Shown piece after piece: positions 52,110-64,000 of a stretch of 64,000 nt of DNA. The notes beneath the pieces were generated by a model, which was given only the letters and a program-made list of their open reading frames with translations, was not told the DNA's origin and made no database searches. A program made the position numbers and the translations under genes. Positions within the stretch are counted from its first letter, which is position 1, and each line of letters begins with the position of its first letter. Location: assembly GCA_965235115.1 (NCBI GenBank), contig OZ249436.1:53694001-53758000 (forward strand), written 5' to 3'. Source of the stretch: Laetmonice hystrix. Lineage: Eukaryota.

Positions 52110-53039
52110 TTTCCGGTAGATTCTCCTCAGGTATTGACTCGCTATTCGTTTCGGGTGCATACTTAGCTCCTTGGCAACAAGGCCAGGACGTGGGCCAATC
52201 AGAGCCGTGTGTATCTTGTAAACACTCGTCGTCTACCCGGAAATACCATGTGATGCGGCCATTGTTTGTTAGCGGTCGTCTCTCGCATACCGTCAAAGTT
52301 CGGAGAGTCGGCTTCGATATGGAACAAGTGGGTGCGTTGTCGTCCAGATTGCAGGCACGTCCAAATAGAAGCTCCTTCAGTTCAGGATATCGATAACCTA
52401 TGTCAGGCCAGTATCAGGGCTGGCATCTTGACGGCCACCTGAACGCAGCCAGAGGCGAGATCCGGCAACAACTTCCCGCGCCTTCCAGTCCAACATGGCT
52501 GTACGCGAAACATAGTAAACACACCTAAGGAAACCGCAAATAACTGTTTTCTTTTTTTAGACATTTTTCGTGTTGCACTGGTAGGATGATATGTATATCA
52601 CATCTACTGGGACCGAGAGAAATGATTACATCGACCCAGGTTTCTGTGTCATATTAGGACAGGGTAATGTACCTTCGTTCCGCTACGTGATTGATTGCAG
52701 TAAACAAGATTATGGTTCTAGATCGCACGCCTGCATCTCAAAGGCCAGCAGAGGTTCGATTGGGTTGACTATAGATGGGGAAGGGTGTTTGCACCGGGGG
52801 TGAGGGTGGGGGTCGAAAAGGACAGTTAAAATTTCCGGCGCAAACCTAAAATAACAAATAATGAATGATTTCCCTAGATTCTTTTCTCATGACATTCCCT
52901 AAGCTCCATACAAATCATGTGACCACCTCACAAGGCGATGACGTCATCCCGGAAAGGAAGGCGGTCTGTATAATTATTATCGACAAACGAGTGTGCGCAC
53001 CCATCTGAAAATAACAACATACCAGTCGAGATGTTGGCC

Positions 53040-53290
53040 TATGTATAGCGCACAGTGTGTTCCGAAAGAACTGTTGTAATTTCCAGCCGACATCGTACAG
53101 CTTAGCAGCATGGGAGACTACCCATCGTGGCACGTTCATCGAGCAAGCCTTGAGTACCCATTGCATTAGTAATAGCTGGATACACGTCCCTTAGGAATGC
53201 CTCAAGGCGTGTCATTCGTAACCAGATAGTCCCATACGTTCAGCCAGTAGACGTCTGATGAATGTCTGTACTAGAGTCATCAACGTTCCA
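53040..53290 (-). pseudogene. Possible decayed LINE reverse transcriptase fragment (RTE-like)
   Basis: LKACSMNVPRWVVSHAAKLYDVGWKL loosely matches the KAFDSVPR..LW..L..YGV.GKL RT block. Confidence 0.3.
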
Positions 53291-53639
53291 GACTCAACGG
53301 TGAAAATACAACCTGTCGGTCTAATTATGGTTTAATCAGCACCGTAAATATGATATATGGACGCTAAATTAACAATAAAAACATTTATACAGATATTATA
53401 TGTCCATACAAACACCATTACAATGGTTCCCCATTATAGACATGGAATTAAAACTGCCGGCATCGCTCGGACTAGACTATAGATAGGACACTGTTTGACG
53501 TTAATTATGCATAATTATAAAGAAAGAACGACACATTCTCCTATTTTCCATATCTGATTCACATCCGGTGACCATTTCTAATGCAGAAGGTTTCTTTTGC
53601 TAATTTCCTGTCATATAATGCAAAGAAACGGGACCGTGG

Positions 53640-55172
53640 CCAGACACGAGACCGACAGACAGTAAGCCGACAGAGAGGAAGCCGACAGACACGAGGCCAA
53701 CAGACGGTAAGCCGACAGACACGAGGCCGACAGACGGTAAGCCGACAGAGAGGAAGCCGACAGACACGAGGCCAACAGACGGTAAGCCGACAGACACGAG
53801 ACCGACAGACGGTAAGCCGACAGAGATGAAGCCTTACAGATACGAGGCCAACAGAACTTAAGCTCGACAGGAAACGAGGCCAACAGAACTTGAGCTCGAC
53901 AGGACACGAGGCCGACAAACGGTAAGCCGACAGACACGAGGCCAACAGACGGTAAGCCGACAGACACGAGGCCGACAGACGGTAAGCCGACGGAGATGAA
54001 GCCTACAGATACGAGGCCAACAGAACTTAAGCTCGACAGGAAACGAGGCCGACAGACGGTAAGCCGACAGACACGAGGCCGACAGAGGGTAAGCCGACAG
54101 ACACGAGGCCGACAGACGGTAAGCCGACAGACACGAGGCCGACAGACGGTAAGCCTACAGACACGAGGCCGACAGACGGTAAGCCGACAGAGATGAAGCC
54201 TACAGATACGAGGCCAACAGAACTTAAGCTCGACAGGAAACGAGGCCAACAGAACTTGAGCTCGACAGGAAACGAGGCCAACAGAACTTGAGCTCGACAG
54301 GACACGAGGCCGACAGACGGTAAGCCGACAGACACGAGGCCGACAGACGGTAAGCCGACAGAGAGGAAGCCGACAGACACGAGGCCAACAGACGGTAAGC
54401 CGACAGACACGAGGCTGACAGACGGTAAGCCGACAGAGAGGAAGCCGACAGACACGAGGCCAACAGACGGTAAGCCGACAGACACGAGGCTGACAGACGG
54501 TAAGCCGACAGAGAGGAAGCCGACAGACACGAGGCCAACAGACGGTAAGCCGACAGACACGAGGCTGACAGACGGTAAGCCGACAGACGGTAAGCCGACA
54601 GACACGAGGCCGACAGAGGGTAAGCCGACAGAGAGGAAGCCGACAGACACGAGGCCGACAGACGGTAAGCCGACAGAGAGGAAGCCGACAGACACGAGGT
54701 CGACAGACGGTAAGCCGACAGACACGAGGCCAACAGACGGTAAGCCGACAGACACGAGGCCGACGGTAAGCCGACAGAGAGGAAGCCGACAGACACGCGG
54801 CCGACAGACGGTAAGCCGACAGAGAGGAAGCCGACAGACACGAGGCCAACAGACGGTAAGCCGACAGACACGAGGCCAACAGACGGTAAGCCGACAGACA
54901 CGAGGCCGACGGTAAGCCGACAGAGAGGAAGCCGACAGACACGCGGCCGACAGACGGTAAGCCGACAGAGAGGAAGCCGACAGACACGAGGCCAACAGAC
55001 GGTAAGCCGACAGACACGAGGCCGACAGACGGTAAGCCGACAGAGAGGAAGCCGACAGACACGAGGCCAACAGGACTTGAGCTCGACAGCCTCAACCCCG
55101 ACAGGACACGTACGAAGCCGACAAGACACTATAGGACGACATTATACGAGGCCGACACGACACGAGGCCGAC
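53640..55172 (+). repeat. 1.5-kb composite minisatellite of 15-bp CCGACAG-based monomers
   Basis: Monomers CCGACAGACACGAGG, CCGACAGACGGTAAG, CCGACAGAGAGGAAG and a longer AACTTGAGCTCGACAGG variant; followed by GGTTAGGATTAGGTTA. Confidence 0.97.
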
Positions 55173-55269
55173 CAGGTTAGGATTAGGTTATGGTAAGTTG
55201 ATACTTCTAGAATGAAGCTGTTGTGTGAATGAAACCCAGGATCCACTGTGCGAATTATCCTTGCGATTT

Positions 55270-55540
55270 CAGGGCCGGATGCAGGATTTTTTTCAAGGGG
55301 GGGGGGGGGGTGCAGTCGTCAAGTCCGAAATTATTATTAGGCCTATTTTATGAAATATAACGTTAGGCTACTTATCGCTTTAGATTCTAGATTTCTAGTT
55401 TTACACTGTACACACGTGGTTCCTGGGCTGGAGGACGAACATTTGACACCTTTGTTTCCTTTTCTTTTTTCTTTCTTTTTTTCCTTTTTTTTTTATTTCT
55501 AAGGGGGGTGCAACCCCCACACCCCCTGGATCCGGCCCTG
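55270..55540 (+). mobile_element. hAT-like MITE with near-perfect 5-bp TSD
   Basis: GATTT|CAGGGCCGGATGCAGG...CCTGGATCCGGCCCTG|GAGTT. Confidence 0.8.
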
Positions 55541-55919
55541 GAGTTGCTGGAGACCAATCGTTACATCGTGACTTTCCATCGTATACGACCACTTTCCCTT
55601 TATCTGAGGAGTTCGTTGAAAAGGAATCCAAAGATGATCATTTTTACCTGTTTTTGGTTTTTGGGCCATGGTCTGAGACCCCAATGTATTTTGTAAGTCA
55701 GGCTTTAAGCACAATTCTGGATGATCGAACACCTTTATAATTTTTTGATTATTGACTCAACCAACGAATACAATGGATTTCAGAGTAATCAGCGACCATA
55801 TATCAGTAGCACTAACAACAGTTGAAACTGGTATAGACGGGCTGTGGCGGCGTAATTATGTCGCCAATGCCATCACCGCCAGCGGCATGACTTTCTCTTT
55901 GTTAAATTTCCCATGTATA

Positions 55920-56258
55920 CAGGGTGACCCCAAAAACAGAACCCATACTAAGCCTTCTAAAATCTGTAACTTTCCATAGAATTTATGCAGATTGGTTTGC
56001 CTGAAATATGATATATGCCAAATGTCCTTGCACAGTTTTAGTCAATTCCAATTCCTGGTTCGGATTGTATGCCCTGTTGAAAATATGCTTCAAATGTCCC
56101 CCACGGCGTTGTAAGCACACTTGGGTTCTGCGGGATTCTGACTAAAACTGTGCAAGGACATTTGGAATATATCATAGTTAAGGCATACCAAATCTAAACA
56201 AATTCTATGGAGAGTTACAGATTTTAGAAGTGTGGGTTCTGTTTTTTGGGTCACCCTA
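55920..56258. mobile_element. Tc1/mariner-like palindromic MITE
   Basis: TA|CAGGGTGACCCCAAAAACAGAACCCA...TGGGTTCTGTTTTTTGGGTCACCCT, with about 125-bp arms. Confidence 0.85.
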
Positions 56259-59056
56259 TTTTCAACAGGTATTTTAACGAGCGGAAGATCACGCAAATGG
56301 CTCCACGTCCCGCGATTCGCTGACGTCAGAAATTTATCGCCTGAAGAGTTGAACCCACAGAGTCGGTGTTGATGCCATGCACGCGATTTTTGAGGGCAGA
56401 TGAAATTGGACCTTTGTGTATAATATCGTGTGGACGCTTTGTCCTCGACCATGTATGTGTACAGAATAAATACACGCTAGTCGCATGGACCTTTAAATGG
56501 CATCATAAACAGAGCTCGTTTTCTAGATGTCTGATTAAAAATTAATGTCTGATTCTGAACTTCAAAAGGATAGAATTTATTGGTTGAATATTTCTTCTTT
56601 TTTTTCATTTGTTGTGTTTTTAATCGCTTGTAATGTAAATCGGTCTCATTTGACGGTATCTCGTCTGCTCAAAGGGAAGCATCAAATATAAAAGCCCTAA
56701 GTAACGTATAATTCCGAACTTGTTCTGTCAAGCATTGCAGTAACCGACTATGTGTATTCGGGCTTATATATGTTCATCCTGGCTACAGTGTTTCCAACAA
56801 TCCATAATGTGATAATCAGAACATACAGCTAATCACACATTAACCCAACAGAATTGAATGAAAAGGGAAAAGTTAATGCTCCAATCCTAATTGAAATTAT
56901 CATTAATTTACTCAAAATGATTAATTACGTTGAATCGTAATAGCATGTAATGGTTGTATTGCATTCAAATACAGAAACTGCACCGTACTTACCCCCTACA
57001 AATTTCCAAAATGAATACTAAGCACATAATCCCCCGTATGGTTGGCGCCCACTACCTCACGGTTTCTGCCGGATAGTTTGTGTCTGCCCTTCATAACGAG
57101 GTGAGGACAATGCTATGGGGTGAGCGTGTCTGCGGGGATGACATGCGTACTGTCCTTCTCAGCGGGAGCTTATATTAAAATATGGCTAACATCTTTTATA
57201 GTCAAAAACACATCTTACATTTAGCTACAAAATTTTAAAAATAATAACCTGCTATGCATCCCTGAATGTGAAACTGAGTTTCATCCTTTCAGCTCAAAAG
57301 TACAAGGAAATCGTAACAAAAATCGCATCAGCCGACAAAAGGATTTAATTAAACGCCAGGCACGGCGTCCTTAAAGCTACCAGTACATCGAAGCTAGTCG
57401 GGATCTTCTTAGCATAGGGCTGAATGTTTACCCAGGTCTGTGTGTGAATGTGATCTCAATTTTGCGCCTGACCTGGAACCGATGATGTACAGATGCTGAT
57501 CTCCACTCAGTACTAGCATCAAATGCAGAGGGAAGACAGTTGGTAAGGACGGATTTAGTTACATGCTTTTTCAATTGCGATTCAATTGGTCTTGTGGCAG
57601 AGAAAACAGTGACTTAAAATGACCATAAAATCCGAGGTTAGAACTTTAGAAAGTTAAGATGATGTGAAGACGAAGGTCAGAACAGAAAGAAAAAAAAAGA
57701 GAAAATAACTATCCTTTCTTCTATACTGTAGGGCGGTTATATTTGTGGATTCATTCAGTCAATGTGTGATGACAATAGGATGGAAAGCCTTGCCAATATG
57801 CAACGACTTGGTCACTGACAGCCGGCCGTTAAGAAAGAGTCACAAGGGTTCATGTTGCCCTTAAAAATTAATATGCAGCGGGGGCCCTGGCGCACCTTTT
57901 TGGCACCAATGGCTCAGAGAGATCCCAGTGAAATCAAATCCGTGCAGATTTTTGTCCCACACGAGTTTTTTGGCCATGGACACACTCTATACAAGAGAAT
58001 AAAATCTGTCACCTTTCTGATGTAATACTGTATGAAAAAAAACTTGGTTCTGCATATTGACGGCATTTAATGTTTTTCCATCCTTACCTGTTCATTTCTT
58101 CACAATAGTCCGCTTATCAGATGTTGCGAAGAATGAGTGAGTGTTTGTATTTGATATTTTTAATGATCTTATGTAGAGGAAGTATAGGAATACCTAAATA
58201 CAAGAATTGTCGTAATCTAACATAGACGCTCCCTAGATCATGCATCTTGAGATCTATCAATCCCTCGCCACGTAAAACGCGCGTTAAAAATGGAGGGAAC
58301 CTAGACGAAACACGGCTCTGGGTTAACGAGGGGATCACGTTTCAGTTCTCGTTAACTCAACAATCGTATGTGACATATAGCAAAGCAGTGCCCTGACGTC
58401 TAAATCAAATAAGATTAAGGGCTCCAAAGCTTTCATCAGCTCACTGCTTCACTATTCTGTGTGTTTACTCTAAATTATAAAGGAAGAAAAAAAAAACACA
58501 CAAAAAAACCAACCCCCAGACACAGCGACTAACAGACACGCAATTACAGCACACTTCCCTTGAAACATTGATTTCAAAATTACCGTTAATTCCAACGTGT
58601 TCCATTACGTGCGTAACGAGATTATATAGATTTCTTGCTATAATGGTAATCGTAAATAAAGGTCAGACGTCGATTACAGCCGTTTATGTGCGCTCAGGAA
58701 ATATAAGTAAGCTTGGGTTCAGTACATAGTGACACGCACCTACACATAGTAATATGACACCTGATACAGATGGCTCTGATTTGTATGACACAGCATGAAG
58801 TATTCATCATCATGTCATGTTTGATTTCACATACACGCGCCCCGCACTCGTGCAACACTTAGTTCTAGTGTGATCTGCACTATGTAAAAATGGGTTTGTA
58901 TAATCATAATTGGTTAGCAAATTTGCAAATTTGCAAATCTTGCGAATTTCATGATGGCCAGCATAGATAGCAATGCACTTATTACTAGCATCGCACACCC
59001 CGACGGCCCAACAGCACACTCCCTAACATGTCCACCTCGACACTGACTAATTATAT

Positions 59057-59670
59057 CCCAGCTGACACATAACGTAACTGCAACGTTAGGCCTATTTGAA
59101 ACATTATATATATATACTTTATTACATTATAAATCATACAGGTATATTGAGGTATATTGAGGACAGGAAGCAACGGAATGTCAGCTTATGAAGTCCTCAG
59201 TAATATTATAAGAGATAAAGTATAAAGTTAATTGTCACTCGGTGGTGCGAAGTTATATACAATAAACAGTTCTATAGTGCAATATATCGGTATGGTAAGG
59301 GTAGTGTTACGGGAAATACATGTGACTATATTATACCAATTTCATTTCCCAGGATTTTGCTTTTAAAGTACGCTTGAAGGGGGGAGTAGAAAAAGTAAAA
59401 TCTTCAATATTATTTTTAGAATATGAGTTAAAGTTAACCGACATCAATACGGTAACGTTACCATGTAACGTTGTCTAAACATTGTCAATATGTTTCATGT
59501 ATAACGGGCTGAAATTACGTTATATTAGCGTTTGTATAACGTTTGTATGTTTACGATATTAAGATGTGTTATTTATAACGTTGCCACAACGTTGCACATG
59601 CATTCGGTTAAAATGTTGTGTGGCAACCTTTTGACAACGTTACCACAATGCTCACCGCGGGCAGTCGGGT
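59057..59670. mobile_element. Decayed CACTA/EnSpm-like non-autonomous element
   Basis: CCCAGCTGACAC start followed by ACAACGTT/TAACGTT subterminal motifs, which recur at 59450-59650; right terminus unclear. Confidence 0.4.
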
Positions 59671-60353
59671 GGCCCGAGCCGAGGGGCGGGGGGCTCGATC
59701 GTACCTTATATCATCATGGTATCTTCAAAATAGAACCCTTGCCATTATTGGGTTATTGAGAAGGGTCATTGAGAAGAAGAGAGTAGGGGATTGACTCCGG
59801 TAGCACGGACTCTGGAGGGGGGGGGGGGCAAGGTCCCTTGACTTCAATTCACTCAATTCTCACACACTTTGCCACTTATCGAGTAGGATGCAGTTCTGGT
59901 GTGCGGGGTTCTTACCATATAATTCTGAATTCATGAAAGACTGGTTCTCACCGAGAAGATGTTCAAAAATTGCCGACATGGCGTGAACAACTAATCACCC
60001 ACTGGCTCACTGCAAACAGGTTGCGTGCAGTCGCCAATGAATGGCTGGTCCTTGTCAAACGTTAGCATTAAGGACACTCGCTGGAAGGTCGAAATTCCAT
60101 TATCAGATACTGCTAAAAGCCGTAGTAAAAGTATTTGTCTGTCAGAAATTATAAAGCATTCGCAGTAAACAGATCCGTATGTGCAGCGCTGAATAACTGA
60201 AATTGATATGATAAAAGACATTGTACCCCAGCTATGTGGGAGAAAAATATAGCAGTTAGGAAGTTAAAGTTATAGAGGCTGTATTCCGGCCAGCCGTGGT
60301 TCGGTAACGTACTTTTATGAAGTACGGAAATGTAATATAAATGGTTATTTATC

Positions 60354-60650
60354 TACGGAGCCATGTTGGGGGCATGAAGAAAAAAAAATCTTTTCAGAGA
60401 AATTTTTTGTGGTGATCTCGTAATTACCACTTAGTGACGTCATTAACTCGTTATTACGACTTAATGACGTCACTAAGTCGTTATTACGAGTTATTCGCGT
60501 TCGTTTCAGAGAAAATATTTTGTGGTGATCTCGTAATAACCACCTAGTGACGTCATTAACTCGTTTAATTAGTGGAAATTACGAGATCACCGCAAACAGT
60601 TTTCTCTGAAACGAATTTTGTTTTCTTCATGTCCCCAGCAGGGCTTCGTA
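60354..60650. mobile_element. Unclassified MITE with internal duplication and palindromes
   Basis: TACGGAGCC...GGCTTCGTA termini; inverted arms containing CATGAAGAAAA...CAGAGAAA...GTGATCTCGTAAT; about 55-bp internal direct repeat. Confidence 0.75.
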
Positions 60651-61383
60651 TACATCCGTAATCTGACCACATGTGATTGAAGTTGAATAGAACTACATGT
60701 AATTCCAATTTTGTTTGAGGTGATCCATATGATAAAGAGATCATATTTCTGTTGATACACGATTTGTTTTTGGGGTTGTAATAGCTGTATGACCTGGACG
60801 AGGATGAGGTGGGCGGGGAGCCAGGATAAAATACATGAATTTTTTTAATAATCAATTTCTATAAAAAAAACACACACACACCAACAAGCTTCGTGGTTGT
60901 AAATGCGGGATTCAAAATCAGGTCATTTGGAGTAGGAACTAGTATGTCAATTCAGTAAGCTGTCATTAATCAGAAGCTTCATGGTGTGTCCAATCATCTT
61001 CAACAAGAATCTATTCCGACCAAAGTTTAGTTCAATTAGATACCGTATCCAAGACATCCCAAACGTGCCGCGTGACGTGACTCTTGAATTGATCAGGCCA
61101 AATTGGTCGCCCAGGAGACAAGATGGACTAAATAGGATATAAACAGAATTAGGGGAGGAGCCACTTCTAGAAGCGTGGGCGGGTTCATACGAATCGAGGA
61201 GGGACGAGCAAACTTGTATCCCAAACTTGCTCTTGTATCCCAGAGAAATAGAGGAAGGAAGCCTTTCTTCCGAGTTCAGCTTTTTGTACAGGTAGCAAAT
61301 GTCAATATAATATGACTTGAAAGGGGAATACTGTGAGCACTACTGAAATGTATATTTTTTTAAATGGGAAGTATATGTGATAT

Positions 61384-62224
61384 GGGAAGTCAATCTCAGG
61401 TGGACCTCGACCGATAATCCTAAGATTTCTTTCAGACCACAGTCGTGATCGAGTTTCCTTTAGTTACAGAGCCATAAAAAGTAAGCCTTTCGAATTTCTA
61501 TGTCAACGAGGACCTCCCATACAAAATTAAAAAAAACGGAGGGCTGACATCCAAGGTGAAACTGCAAGGCAACCGAGTTATTATTGACAGCCAAGTTTAT
61601 ATTTTTGATACACTTCATAAACTTAACCTCGAATCTGCTCGTACAGTTACGGTCGACGATAACACGATCGCTTTCTATTTATTCGTCCTTCCCCCCGCAA
61701 CCTTCACAAAAGTGTGGAACAGTACTTTCAACATCAGAAAGTGAACAGTAATTTCAACATCAGAAAGTGATCAGTACTTTCAACATCAGAAAGTGAACAG
61801 TACTTTCAACATCAGAAAGTGAACAGTACTTTCAACATCAGAAAGTGATCAGTACTTTCAACATCAGAAAGTGAACAGTAATTTCAACATCAGAAAGTGA
61901 TCAGTACTTTCAACATCAGAAAGTGAACAGTACTTTCAACATCAGAAAGTGAACAGTAATTTCAACATCAGAAAGTGATCAGTACTTTCAACATCAGAAA
62001 GTGAACAGTAATTTCAACATCAGAAAGTGATCAGTACTTTCAACATCAGAAAGTGAACAGTACTTTCAACATCAGAAAGTGATCAGTACTTTCAACATCA
62101 GAAAGTGATCAGTACTTTCAACATCAGAGGGTGATCAGTACTTTCAACATCAGAAAGTAATGACGGCTGTGATGATATTGGAACCAAAATTCTAAATGAA
62201 ACAGATTGTGAAGAGACAACCTAA
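61384..62224 (+). pseudogene. Decayed LINE ORF1 (RRM/CTD, Transposase_22-like) followed by a NADAR-like domain, split by a minisatellite
   Basis: Across frameshifts it reads GKSISGGPRPIILRFLS...; FYVNEDLP...VKLQGNRVIIDSQVY...TVDDNTIAFY; RPSPRNLHKSVEQYFQHQK; then the array; then GCDDIGTKILNETDC. Confidence 0.7.
61717..62158 (+). repeat. 26-bp minisatellite, 17 copies
   Basis: Unit GA(A/T)CAGTA(C/A)TTTCAACATCAGAAAGT. Confidence 0.97.
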
Positions 62225-62529
62225 AATGGTGCTTATATGACTTATACCCAACCGCTAGGAAACCTTTTGTATTATTGACTCATGTTGTTATTTCTTCACA
62301 GAATTGAGCTGCATATAGTATTATGTGAGAACATTGAGCACTACTATTTCATTGTAAATTTGAATGTATCCTATATTCCGATGTAATATTTTAGGCATTT
62401 ACGCCGCTGAACGAATTACCATTTTGTAACGTATTGGATAGATAACGTATATTCAATTAGGCGAATTCGCACACGATTGAACTTTCTAATACCGATTTTA
62501 ATATAGTAGAACATGTTGACGCGATATAC

Positions 62530-63136
62530 GCAGGGGAATCAAATATTGATCTAGATATCAACTGTCCATTTAAACCTTTTACTTCTGCGTATGTAAGCAT
62601 GAGCTTCGTCATACTTTTAAATCTTAGAATTCAATTACTGTTAACGAGTTTGATATACTTGCATTGAATACCCACAGCATATTTAAGAACTTTGATTAAT
62701 TTGTTGAAAGAGTTGAGCAATTCTTACCATATTTTCCAATTATCCTGCTATCTGAAACCTGGCTCACTGAGCACAATGTACATTTGTACAACCTAGACGA
62801 CAATGTAACATTACACAACGTCAGGACCGGTATACGTGATGGTGGTGTATGAAGAAAGATTCGTGCCTCACTATATTCTGAACCCGTTGACAAAATTAAT
62901 ACTCTGTGAAGTATGAACTATGAAGAACTATGAAGTTACATGTATAAAACTGAAAAAACAAGTTGTAAATAATAGTCCATGCGACATCTTTGGACTACTT
63001 TGTTACAGGCCACCATCTGGTAACGTTGTCCAATTTATTGAAATCCTAAACAGTGTACTGTATGAACTTGACTCGGATGGATCAATAGTATTCTTTGAAT
63101 GTGATGTGAATTTAGACCTCTACAAGTATGGCTCCA
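62530..63136 (+). pseudogene. Decayed LINE ORF2 apurinic-like endonuclease domain (CR1/L2-type)
   Basis: From 62649: FDILALNTHSIFKNFD*...IILLSETWL...YNL...R...GGV, then CYRPPSG and ECDVNLDLYK. These are the APE motifs in the correct order, with stops. Confidence 0.9.
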
Positions 63137-63139
63137 TTA

Positions 63140-64000
63140 AGCCCAGTCCCATATACGCACGGATGGACACGGCAGTCCCGGAAAGTGCCGGATCCCGCCG
63201 GATCAAGATCCGGCACGATCCGTGCTCTTTTTGGGGGTTTTGAGCGGTGGCAACACGGCAGCTACACGGACGAACCCGTACAAACACGGACAAACACGGC
63301 AGCAATCAACACGGCGCCCACACGGATGACCAACGAACGCCCCGGACATTCACGGCAGAGCGACGGACTAACACGGACCAACACGGCAGAGACACGGACA
63401 GCCCAGGATAAACACGGACTAACACGGCGTGTACACGAACCATCCCGGACCTACACGGCAGCGACACGGACCAACACGGTCCACCCTGGATGTTGCCATC
63501 TCCCCGGACCGTCATGGAAGAACACGACAGTTTTGAACTTCCCAAAACTGCCGTGTTGGCCTCCCGGAGCTCCAAGGACATTCCCGGACGTTCCAGGACC
63601 AACAGGGATCGCCGCGGAGCTACACGGCGGCTACACGGTTCACACGCCGGATCGTGCCGGATGTGATCCGTGTTGATCCGGCACCTATATCCGGCATCTT
63701 ATGCCCCAGTCCCATATAGGTGCCGGATCAACACGGATCACATCCGGCACGATCCGGCGTGTGAACCGTGTAGCCGCCGTGTAGCTCCGCGGCGATCCCT
63801 GTTGGTCCTGGAACGTCCGGGAATGTCCTTGGAGCTCCGGGAGGCCAACACGGCAGTTTTGGGAAGTTCAAAACTGTCGTGTTCTTCCGTGACGGTCCGG
63901 GGAGATGGCAACATCCGGGGTGGACCGTGTTGGTCCGTGTCGCTGCCGTGTAGGTCCGGGATGGTTCGTGTACACGCCGTGTTAGTCCGTGTTTATCCGG
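63140..64000. mobile_element. Harbinger-like non-autonomous element rich in ACACGG motifs, followed by an inverted second copy running off the window
   Basis: TTA|AGCCCAGTCCCATATA at 63140; second terminus GCCCCAGTCCCATATA at about 63703; 63404-63690 is the near-perfect reverse complement of 63714-64000. Confidence 0.8.

Noticed and set aside
53559..55129. ORFs of up to 494 aa on the minus strand
   Set aside because: They are artefacts of the 15-bp repeat array.
63128..63676. 182-aa ORF
   Set aside because: It lies within a low-complexity ACACGG-rich non-autonomous element.

Overview
This window is eukaryotic, animal-like DNA, not prokaryotic: it has no dense ORFs, operons or CRISPR array, and it carries (GA)n and (GAA)n microsatellites and poly-G tracts. 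The repeat content suggests a marine invertebrate (inference). I can support no intact host gene. The window is a graveyard of transposons: PIF/Harbinger elements and MITEs (one with a transposase N-terminus, one with a Myb/SANT start), TTAA-flanked Kolobok-like elements (one with a THAP remnant), Tc1/mariner-like and hAT-like MITEs, a SINE family, decayed LINEs and five minisatellite arrays. All long ORFs at 43-44 kb and 53.6-55.1 kb are repeat artefacts. The most notable signal is a decayed CR1/L2-like LINE at 61.4-63.1 kb whose ORF1 appears fused to a NADAR (YbiA-like) domain, with the conserved NADAR motif (SVEQYFQHQK) itself amplified into a 26-bp minisatellite. Second is a 34-bp minisatellite that looks derived from the hammerhead ribozyme of a decayed Penelope-like element. 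All family assignments come from motif recognition by eye, not from database searches.
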